Shown one piece after another: positions 27,143 to 34,581 of a stretch of 64,000 nucleotides of DNA. This stretch comes from Fibrobacter succinogenes (lineage in GTDB: Bacteria; Fibrobacterota; Fibrobacteria; Fibrobacterales; Fibrobacteraceae), in the NCBI RefSeq assembly GCF_902771595.1, contig NZ_CACXXH010000001.1; one strand, given 5' to 3'. A program made the translations under genes and the position numbers. The notes beneath the pieces are model-generated. The model was not told the origin of the DNA. It saw nothing but the letters and a program-made list of their open reading frames with translations, and did not search any database. Every line of letters begins with the position of its first letter. Within the stretch, counting starts at the first letter, position 1.

Positions 27143-27172
27143 CTTTTCTCCTATTATGCTTCAAATATAATA

Positions 27173-27198
27173 AAGCTCCCTGTTGATTCAGGGAGCTT
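27173..27198 (-). terminator. 10-bp stem hairpin (AAGCTCCCTG / CAGGGAGCTT), possible intrinsic terminator
   Basis: Perfect inverted repeat with a 6-nt loop, followed on the minus strand by TATTATATTT. It lies between the chimeric pseudogene and the 26357..27142 gene. Confidence 0.5.
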
Positions 27199-27220
27199 TT
27201 AAGGATTTTACAGCAATTGT

Positions 27221-27238
27221 CTACAGGCTCTACAGGCT
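27221..27238. repeat. 9-nt perfect tandem duplication CTACAGGCT x2
   Basis: Read directly. It abuts the TAG of the hppA-derived fragment. Confidence 0.7.
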
Positions 27239-27456
27239 AGAAGAACATGTCTCCGAAGCGGACGATGACGCCGGCGAACACGACACTCACCATGGTCATG
27301 AGCTTGATGAGGATGTTGAGCGAGGGGCCGGCCCGTGGTCATCACGAACTTGTGGCCCGCATCGATTATCGCACGGATAGAACGCATGTCGGTATCCGAA
27401 ATGCGCTTGTCATCAGTCAGGAGCGTACCGTCAAGGTCTGTGAACAGAATTTTCAT
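27237..27456 (-). pseudogene. Chimeric relic: the first 44 codons of a Cof-type HAD gene fused (frame-shifted) to the last 32 codons plus stop of an hppA gene
   Basis: 27325-27456 matches codons 1-44 of 25417..26250 (MKILFTDLDGTLLTDDKRISDTDMRSIRAIIDAGHKFVMTTGRP). 27237-27332 matches the hppA 3' end and encodes AGPSLNILIKLMTMVSVVFAGVIVRFGDMFF*, identical to hppA. The junction is at about 27318-27336, inside the shared GAGCG..GCCG microhomology. The 82-aa track ORF (27208..27456) reads the hppA part out of frame. Confidence 0.8.
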
Positions 27457-27555
27457 CTTTCCCTAATATAGCATTCAAATAGGGACAAAATAGCGGTATA
27501 ACGCAAAATACCGCCCAGCGGTCGATATCAGGCGATAAAGTGCAGAATTATGGAA

Positions 27556-29247
27556 TTAGTCCTTGACGCAGCGGACGGAGAATCCGAACGCTTTAGTATC
27601 GCCGCCATCAGTCGACAGATACGCAATATCATTGTTATTACCCACACTCATATTGTACACTTCTTGATTTTCCTCTGTGGAACTCCAAAAGCCTGCGACG
27701 GTCGCCTCATGATCATCGAAGCAAGGATCCCCCCAGGAACCAAACATGTATTCCCCAGGAAGCGCCGAGAAGCCGGACTCATTCGTACCAGTGCCTCCCA
27801 AGTACCAGCCAAATGCAGACTTGAGCGCCGAACCGGTCTTTGAATTCCCACCGACGGCAGTCAATAGAGTTTCAAATTCCGTTTTGCTCGGCAAGTGCCA
27901 TCCATCCGGGCAAACGCCCTGAATATTCCCCGACGGCAGGGAGCACGTTTTCCCATAGCCGCATTCCTCCTCAGTTTTGCCAACCGCATCCGCCCACCAA
28001 TAAAGACGGCCGTATTTCTCGCAAAATTTCGTAGAATCGATAAAGCAGTGGCTAGAGGCCGTTTCAAAATTGAGATTTTCCGCCATCCATACCTGGTCTC
28101 CAATTTTCACGGTCTTGTACGTTCGACCGTCGCGGGAATCTGTCAACTCGCCATATTCAACATTCGGGTTGAACGGACTCTCGCTAGACAGGGATGACTG
28201 TTTTTCACCCTGGAGACAACGGACAGAATAAGCATTTTGCTTGGACACTCGCCACCAAGACTCATACGTTTCACTATAGTACAAACGCATCACGTACGTT
28301 TCATCGTCGTTGAACTCCGACGCATTCCAAAAATCAACCACAACGCCCACACCGCCATATTTGCCATTGTCCATACCGCCAGCAGGTAATGCAGAAAAAC
28401 CAGAAATATTCGTATCATCATAAGTTTGCACATAGTCAAAATATGAACCGACTACAAGAAGAGGATTCCAAACGGCACTAGACTTAAGCGCAACACCAGC
28501 GTAAGCTTTGTTTGAAACAGCTGTAGTCAACAAGGTATCCCATTCGGCCCAGCGTGGCAAGTGCCACCCGCTCGGGCAAGCATCCACAGCAGCATACCAA
28601 GTGTAGAGCCGGCCAAACTTGGAGCAGCTACTTGCGGAATCTCCATAGCAATAACTATTTGCCGATTCGTAGTTCAGATTCTCCGCCATCCACACCTGAT
28701 TGCCAATTTTCACGGTCCTGTAGGTCTGGCCATCGCGGGAATCGGTCAGTTCACCATACGAAATTTTCGGGTTAAAAATACTTACACTACTGCTAGACTC
28801 ACTCGTCTCGCTTGAACTTGACACCGGTGTAACGCTGGAAGAAGAATTTGCAGAACTGCTGCTTGATTTTGCACTGCTGCTCGTCATGGCGGCCTCGGAG
28901 CCGCCATCTCCCTTACTGCTACTGGACACACTTGTCTCGCCATCGCTCGACTGCGGTGTGACGCTAGAGGAAGACCTGCTAGAGGAACTACTTTTCTCCT
29001 TAACCCATTTTTCATTCACGCACACATAGGTGGCAGAATTTTCCACCACATATGCCTCCATCCCCTCCCGTATGTCGTTACAATCGGGAAGTTCACCAAA
29101 AGTATTCACTTCCAAGGAGAGGGGGGATCCAAATATATTTTCTGTTAAGGGATCAGTTGCGTTTTTGTCGCCACAGGCAGAAAATGCGACAAGGGCAATT
29201 GTCGCCAAAAACGGCATCAGGATTTTGGACGGAAATTCCTTCGCCAT
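27556..29247 (-). CDS. FISUMP-domain lipoprotein (2 domains) with a Ser-rich linker
   Basis: I chose the ATG at 29247, preceded by AGGAGG (MAKEFPSKILMPFLATIALVAFSAC); the track start at 29286 is TTG. There are two units with WMAENLN(Y/F), CP(S/D)GWHLP and SVRC(L/V). Confidence 0.85.
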   Translation of the reverse strand: MAKEFPSKILMPFLATIALVAFSACGDKNATDPLTENIFGSPLSLEVNTFGELPDCNDIREGMEAYVVENSATYVCVNEKWVKEKSSSSSRSSSSVTPQSSDGETSVSSSSKGDGGSEAAMTSSSAKSSSSSANSSSSVTPVSSSSETSESSSSVSIFNPKISYGELTDSRDGQTYRTVKIGNQVWMAENLNYESANSYCYGDSASSCSKFGRLYTWYAAVDACPSGWHLPRWAEWDTLLTTAVSNKAYAGVALKSSAVWNPLLVVGSYFDYVQTYDDTNISGFSALPAGGMDNGKYGGVGVVVDFWNASEFNDDETYVMRLYYSETYESWWRVSKQNAYSVRCLQGEKQSSLSSESPFNPNVEYGELTDSRDGRTYKTVKIGDQVWMAENLNFETASSHCFIDSTKFCEKYGRLYWWADAVGKTEEECGYGKTCSLPSGNIQGVCPDGWHLPSKTEFETLLTAVGGNSKTGSALKSAFGWYLGGTGTNESGFSALPGEYMFGSWGDPCFDDHEATVAGFWSSTEENQEVYNMSVGNNNDIAYLSTDGGDTKAFGFSVRCVKD

Positions 29248-29329
29248 AGTGACCTCCTGTACATAAACTATACTTTTTGATTTCAAACGTCAACAGGCCG
29301 ATTACAGCTTTTACCCAGAAATCGGCCAG

Positions 29330-29371
29330 TAACTAATAACTAATAACCAATGACTATTGACTAATGACCAT
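29330..29371 (-). repeat. Heptad-periodic tandem repeat, 6 units. Plus strand: TAACTAA TAACTAA TAACCAA TGACTAT TGACTAA TGACCAT. Sense strand: ATGGTCA TTAGTCA ATAGTCA TTGGTTA TTAGTTA TTAGTTA
   Basis: Read directly. It starts at the last base of the hppA stop codon and fills the proximal part of the hppA-FISUMP spacer. Confidence 0.75.
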
Positions 29372-31740
29372 TAAAAAAACATATCGCCAAAGCGGACGAT
29401 GACGCCGGCAAACACGACGCTCACCATGGTCATGAGCTTGATGAGGATGTTGAGCGAAGGCCCGGCGGTATCCTTGAACGGGTCGCCCACGGTATCGCCC
29501 ACCACGGCAGCCTTGTGCGTATCGGAGCCCTTGCCACCGTAGTTGCCCTTCTCAATATACTTCTTCGCATTGTCCCAGGCACCGCCCGCGTTATTGAGCA
29601 TCGTCGCAAGCGCAAAGCCGCACGCAAGTCCGCCCGCCAACAGGCCGAACACGCCCGCAACACCCATGAACAGGCCCACCAGCACGGGCACCACCACAGC
29701 AAGCACCGAAGGCAAAATCATTTCGCGCTGGGCACCCGTCGTCGAGATTTCCACACAACGCGCATAATCGGGTTCACCCGTCCCTTCCATGATTCCGGGA
29801 ATCTCGCGGAACTGGCGACGCACTTCTTCCACCATCGCGCTGGCGGCTCGACCCACCGCCTTGATGGTGAGCGCGCAGAACACGAACGTCATCATCGCAC
29901 CGATGAACAGGCCCCCAAGCAACATGGGGTTCATCAAATTCAAGTTATAGATGTGCATGAAGTCCACATAGTTCACCTTGCTTGCGACCAACCCGAGCAG
30001 GTCCCCGCTCTCAGAAATCGCACGCGTACCGCCGTCCAAGAACTTCACGCCGGCAATACCCGAAAGCGCATTCGCAAGGTCGTTCGCACCGTTCGCGAAC
30101 GCCACTGAACCCACCTTCCACACGCCCTCCGCAGAGGATGCGAGGTGCCCGAGCCAAATCTTCACTTCTTCTACGTAAGATGCGAGAAGCGCCATCGCGG
30201 TAAGGGCGGCAGAACCGATCGCGAATCCCTTGCCCGTCGCAGCCGTGGTATTCCCGAGCATGTCGAGTTCATCGGTACGGGCGCGCACTTCGGGATCGAG
30301 ACCAGCCATTTCGGCGTTACCGCCCGCATTGTCCGCAATCGGCCCGAACGCATCGGTCGCGAGCGTGATGCCGAGCGTACTCAGCATGCCCACCGCGGCA
30401 AAGCCCACGCCGTAGAGGCCCATCGCCATGTCGCTAAATCCGCCAGCACACCCGAACGCAGAAATAATGCCGATAACAATCGTCACCACCGGAAGCCCCG
30501 TGGAGAACATGCCGACGGAAATGCCGTCGATAATCGTCGTCGCGGCCCCGAGCTTGGCCTGGCCCGCGATACCGCGCGTGGGCTTGTACGCATCGGAAGT
30601 ATAGTGCTCGGTAAACTGCCCGATAAGGATACCCGCAGCAAGGCCCGAAAGCACCGAGCCGAAAATGCCCATTGAAATGAAGTCAAACTTCACCAGCACG
30701 AGAAGCGCCACGAGGATAAGCACCGAAGACCCGAGCGTTCCCGTAAGGAGAGAACGCAGCAGAGACTTTGTGTCGGCGGTTTCTTTCGTACGTACAGCGA
30801 AGATGCCCGCGAGCGAAAGGAGTATTCCGATTGCAGCCACCACCATCGGGGCAATCACGAGCTTGATACCGCCCATCGGGAGGGCCGCCCCGAGAGCCGC
30901 CGTCGAGAGAATGGAACCGCAGTAAGATTCGTAAAGGTCGGCGCCCATCCCGGCGACGTCCCCCACGTTGTCACCGACGTTATCCGCAATGGTCGCCGGG
31001 TTGCGCGGGTCATCCTCGGGGATGCCCGCCTCGACCTTGCCCACAAGGTCGGCGCCGACATCGGCCGCCTTCGTGTAGATGCCTCCACCCACGCGGGCAA
31101 AGAGAGCCTGCAGGGAAGCGCCCATGCCGAAGGTAAGCATGGTCGTGGTGATTTCCACCATCTTCGCATGCGCCCATTCCGCATTGTTCACCATGTCGGC
31201 AGTCCACGCCCCGAGAGAGAGCTTGGATGCCACATCGGCGCCAAAGTTCCACACGTTGTTATCGTAAATGTAGTTGAGCAAGAAGAACCAAGCCGAAATA
31301 TCCAGGAGGCCAAAGCCCACCACCACAAGGCCCATCACGGCTCCGCTACGGAACGCGATGACAAGCCCGCGGTTCAAACTGCTGATGGCACCGTTCGCCG
31401 TGCGGGAACTCGCGTACGTCGCCGTCTTCATGCCCAAAAAGCCGCAAAGCCCGCTGAAGAAGCCGCCCGTAAGGAAGGCTACCGGCACGAACGGGTTCTG
31501 GATGCCCATGACGGCAAGCACCACGAATATAAGGAAAAGCACCGCAAAAACGATGGAAACTGTCTTGTATTGCCGCCGGAGGTAGGCAAACGCCCCTACG
31601 CGCACAAAATGCGCAATCGCCTTCATTTTCTCATTGCCGTCGGGCTGCCGCTTCATGAACCTGTAAAAGAAAAACGCCATGGCGAGCGCAAACAACGCTG
31701 CAACCGGGACCAGGAACCAATAAGCTGGAATAGTAAGCAT
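29371..31740 (-). CDS. hppA: Membrane-bound pyrophosphate-energised cation pump (H+/Na+-PPase)
   Basis: 789 aa and polytopic. Canonical PPase motifs are GGGIYTKAADVGADLVGKVE, DNVGDNVGD and DTVGDPFKDTAGPSLN. Confidence 0.92.
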   Translation of the reverse strand: MLTIPAYWFLVPVAALFALAMAFFFYRFMKRQPDGNEKMKAIAHFVRVGAFAYLRRQYKTVSIVFAVLFLIFVVLAVMGIQNPFVPVAFLTGGFFSGLCGFLGMKTATYASSRTANGAISSLNRGLVIAFRSGAVMGLVVVGFGLLDISAWFFLLNYIYDNNVWNFGADVASKLSLGAWTADMVNNAEWAHAKMVEITTTMLTFGMGASLQALFARVGGGIYTKAADVGADLVGKVEAGIPEDDPRNPATIADNVGDNVGDVAGMGADLYESYCGSILSTAALGAALPMGGIKLVIAPMVVAAIGILLSLAGIFAVRTKETADTKSLLRSLLTGTLGSSVLILVALLVLVKFDFISMGIFGSVLSGLAAGILIGQFTEHYTSDAYKPTRGIAGQAKLGAATTIIDGISVGMFSTGLPVVTIVIGIISAFGCAGGFSDMAMGLYGVGFAAVGMLSTLGITLATDAFGPIADNAGGNAEMAGLDPEVRARTDELDMLGNTTAATGKGFAIGSAALTAMALLASYVEEVKIWLGHLASSAEGVWKVGSVAFANGANDLANALSGIAGVKFLDGGTRAISESGDLLGLVASKVNYVDFMHIYNLNLMNPMLLGGLFIGAMMTFVFCALTIKAVGRAASAMVEEVRRQFREIPGIMEGTGEPDYARCVEISTTGAQREMILPSVLAVVVPVLVGLFMGVAGVFGLLAGGLACGFALATMLNNAGGAWDNAKKYIEKGNYGGKGSDTHKAAVVGDTVGDPFKDTAGPSLNILIKLMTMVSVVFAGVIVRFGDMFF

Positions 31741-31847
31741 TGAAACCTCTTTCTACTAAACCTTTGGCCGGCATCCGACGACCTTATAAAGAAATCTATA
31801 ACGAAAATCCTAGAAAGAACGCTAAATTTTGTTTAAATTTACACTCC

Positions 31848-32630
31848 ATGCTGGAAAACCTCAATTTCCATTTCGAATTCTACGACTGGCTGCTCGTTTT
31901 CATGGTCACGGCGCTCGGAGTCTTCAGCGCCTACACCAAGGACCCCCAGCTCAAGGCCGTCGCGGCGACCATCCCCATCCCCTGCGGATTCGCCTATATC
32001 GCCGTCGGACTCCCCATGGGCACCGCGAACGCCATCTCGGGTTTCATGTGCCTCCTTTACGTGCACATCGTACGCATTCTTCACTATAAGGTAAAGGTTC
32101 CCATAATCCCCTCCATCGCCCTCGGCCTTGCCTTCTTCGTCGCGCTCGGGACCTTCCTGATGCCCCGCATCCCGGACGGGGAAGCCTTCTTCATCGGGGC
32201 CTGCCTCTTCGACTTCACCGTGGGCGTCATCCTCTTCCAGAAGCAAAAATACAAGTCCGGAGTCCGCTACAAGACTCCCCTGCCCGTCTACATCAAGGCT
32301 CCCGCTATCGCGGGCGTCGTCGCGGGCCTCATGGTCATAAAGAGGCTCATGGGCGGGTTCTGCACGAGCTTCCCAATGATGAACTCCATCGTGAGCTACG
32401 AATCGCGCTTTTCGCTGGGTGACCAGTGCCGGCAACTTCCGCTGTTCCTCATAGCGGGCCCGTTCATGTTCGCCGAGATGCGCTACCTCGAGATATTCCT
32501 GCACCTGAACCACTGGATTGTGCTCCTGTGCGGCTACGTCCTGTTCGCCAGCATCTACTGGCCGCTGAACAAGGAGCTCAAACGCAGGAACGAGATGGCC
32601 GACGCGTCGTATTCAGACAAAAACAAGTAA
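31848..32630 (+). CDS. Polytopic membrane protein of unknown function
   Basis: I chose the ATG at 31848 (MLENLNFHFEFYDWLLVFMVTAL); the track start at 31740 abuts hppA. About 7-8 hydrophobic segments. No family recognised. Confidence 0.6.
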   Translation: MLENLNFHFEFYDWLLVFMVTALGVFSAYTKDPQLKAVAATIPIPCGFAYIAVGLPMGTANAISGFMCLLYVHIVRILHYKVKVPIIPSIALGLAFFVALGTFLMPRIPDGEAFFIGACLFDFTVGVILFQKQKYKSGVRYKTPLPVYIKAPAIAGVVAGLMVIKRLMGGFCTSFPMMNSIVSYESRFSLGDQCRQLPLFLIAGPFMFAEMRYLEIFLHLNHWIVLLCGYVLFASIYWPLNKELKRRNEMADASYSDKNK

Positions 32631-32655
32631 AAAACGCCACATAAAAGCGTTTTTT
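32631..32655 (+). terminator. Weak A-tract/GC/T-tract hairpin (AAAACGC ... GCGTTTT + TT)
   Basis: It lies immediately after the TAA of 31848..32630. The stem is 7 bp with only 3 GC pairs. Confidence 0.4.
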
Positions 32656-32742
32656 ACCCCCTTTTGCCAATTTTTTACTTGTAAATTCCGCTCCAAATAA
32701 TTAGATATTCAAGAGAACTATAGATGCACCACGAGGAGCCCT

Positions 32743-33834
32743 ATGAAAAAGATTGCACTTCTTCCGATATCACTGTTTGCAGCACTCTCCATCACCGCCT
32801 GCGGTGACAGCGAGTCCGGCAATCCCGTCACCCCCGAAGGCGGTAGCCAGCCAGCCCTTTCTTCGGAAGCACTCCCCGGTTCCTCGGATGCACTCCCGAC
32901 ATCTTCCGCGACTGTTCCTGGTTCCTCCGAAACGGTTCCGCCCGCATCTTCGGCAGCCGTCCCGGCTTCTTCCGCGACTGTCGAAGCTCCGGTTGAATTT
33001 ACCACGGATGCGGTAGCCATCCCCGACATGGGCTGTACCTCCGAGCCCCTCTCGTTCGGTTCGGGCGTCAAGGTAACCTGCAACGGGGAATTCGTGGGCA
33101 ACATCGTCGATGACAGCGATCCCTCCGCATTCGACCCGAATGCAGCCGCCTACACGAGCTTCATCGGCATCAAGAAGGTTTTCGCCGCAATCCAGCCCAC
33201 GGACAAGGCCGTGTTCATACTGCGTCACGGCGACCGCACCAAGTCTGAAGAAGGCGGCCTGCTGACCGGCCTCGGATACGAACAGGCTATCGCCGTAGGC
33301 AAGAAGATCGCAAGCACCGAGGAAGTCAAGTTCTGGCACTCCGAAATCGAACGCACGCTGCAGACCAGCATGGGTATAGCCCAGGGCCGCGGCCAGACCA
33401 CCATATCGCACGTGGCCCTCAAGGACCTGAACGGCGGATGGTTCGAAAAGGATTCAGAAAAAATCAATGAATACAACGCCACCGTCCCGACGACATACGA
33501 CGTAGTTTCCCGCTGGGCCTACAACGAATACACCGACCCGACCGTCACCTACAACGACGGGTTCTACGACCTGATGGAACGCGGAGCTCAGTTCATGAAC
33601 GAAGTCATCCTCGCCAAGGTCGTTCCGCAGAGCCGCATCAGCGTCGTCGTTTCGCACGACCAGATGCTCTACCCGCTCACGATTTTCGCGACAAACAGGA
33701 TGCTCGAAATGAAGCACCACGAAGACAAGAGCTGGCTGAACTTCCTCGCAGGTGTCGCCGTGATCGTCCATGCGGATGGTTCCGTCAAGTACGTGCCGAT
33801 TATGGGCCTCGACGAAGGCACCATGTCTAGCTAA
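32743..33834 (+). CDS. Lipoprotein with a histidine-phosphatase-superfamily domain
   Basis: Lipobox SITAC and an S/A/P repeat linker. The RHG motif is VFILRHGDRTKSE and the distal His is VVVSHDQMLYPL. Confidence 0.7.
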   Translation: MKKIALLPISLFAALSITACGDSESGNPVTPEGGSQPALSSEALPGSSDALPTSSATVPGSSETVPPASSAAVPASSATVEAPVEFTTDAVAIPDMGCTSEPLSFGSGVKVTCNGEFVGNIVDDSDPSAFDPNAAAYTSFIGIKKVFAAIQPTDKAVFILRHGDRTKSEEGGLLTGLGYEQAIAVGKKIASTEEVKFWHSEIERTLQTSMGIAQGRGQTTISHVALKDLNGGWFEKDSEKINEYNATVPTTYDVVSRWAYNEYTDPTVTYNDGFYDLMERGAQFMNEVILAKVVPQSRISVVVSHDQMLYPLTIFATNRMLEMKHHEDKSWLNFLAGVAVIVHADGSVKYVPIMGLDEGTMSS

Positions 33835-33842
33835 TTTAGGGC

Positions 33843-34523
33843 ATGGACAGCCTGAACCTAAAGATTATCGCCCGCATAAAAAGCGACTTCCCCGAAAAAT
33901 TCGGGATACCCCGCCAGAGCGGGCTTGTCCCTTCTTTGCGTTCCGTGATTCGCTTTGAACCGGAATTCAGGAACGCCGATGCACTGCGTGGGCTAGAAGG
34001 CTTCAGCCACCTGTGGCTCATCTGGATTTTTTCGGAAAACGTGCGAGGCACATGGCACCCGACTGTGCGCCCACCGCGCCTCGGAGGGAACACCAGACTC
34101 GGGGTTTTCGCCACAAGGAGCAGCTTCCGCCCGAACCCCATCGCAATGAGTTGCGTGAAAATTGAAGGCATCCGCCTAGATGCTCCCGACGGGCCTGAAA
34201 TTATCGTGAGCGGAGCCGACCTCATGGACGGCACCCCCATCGTCGACATCAAACCCTACCTGCCCTACGCCGACAGCGTCCCCGAAGCGAAGGGCGGATT
34301 TGCGGAAGCGCGCCGGTACGACTGCCTACAGGTGGAAATCTCCCCCGAAATTGCACGCCTGGTACCGGAAGGCAAGTTCGATGCCCTCGTCGAAATTTTG
34401 CGGCAGGACCCGCGCCCGCACTACCAGGACGACCCCGAAAGGATTTACGGGCTATCCTTCGCCAGCAAGAACATCAAGTTCAAGGTTGCGGGCAACACGC
34501 TCACCGTCATCGCCGTAGAATAA
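33843..34523 (+). CDS. trmO: tRNA (m6t6A37) methyltransferase TrmO/TsaA (YaeB family)
   Basis: Motifs IARIKSDFPEKFGIPRQSG, FSHLWLIWIFS, RPNPIAMSCVKI and DGTPIVDIKPYLPY. Confidence 0.85.
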   Translation: MDSLNLKIIARIKSDFPEKFGIPRQSGLVPSLRSVIRFEPEFRNADALRGLEGFSHLWLIWIFSENVRGTWHPTVRPPRLGGNTRLGVFATRSSFRPNPIAMSCVKIEGIRLDAPDGPEIIVSGADLMDGTPIVDIKPYLPYADSVPEAKGGFAEARRYDCLQVEISPEIARLVPEGKFDALVEILRQDPRPHYQDDPERIYGLSFASKNIKFKVAGNTLTVIAVE

Positions 34524-34529
34524 AAAATA

Positions 34530-34553
34530 CCCGGGGCAAACAACCACCCCGGG
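34530..34553 (-). terminator. GC-rich hairpin (CCCGGGG / CCCCGGG) followed on the minus strand by TATTTTTT
   Basis: It lies 28 nt downstream of the stop of the minus-strand esterase gene and abuts the trmO stop on the plus strand. Confidence 0.6.
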
Positions 34554-34581
34554 CACATTCTCATCCAGATATCATTCTGGC

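Noticed and set aside
27208-27456. 82-aa ORF from the track, taken as a real gene
   Set aside because: Its first 44 aa copy the HAD N-terminus, and the rest is the hppA 3' end read out of frame. I treat it as a chimeric pseudogene.
21280-29247. A diversity-generating retroelement (DGR) acting on FISUMP or FGE-like C-type-lectin-fold domains
   Set aside because: The window has no reverse transcriptase gene. I saw no template/variable repeat pair with adenine-specific differences. The differences between domain copies are spread along the whole domain.
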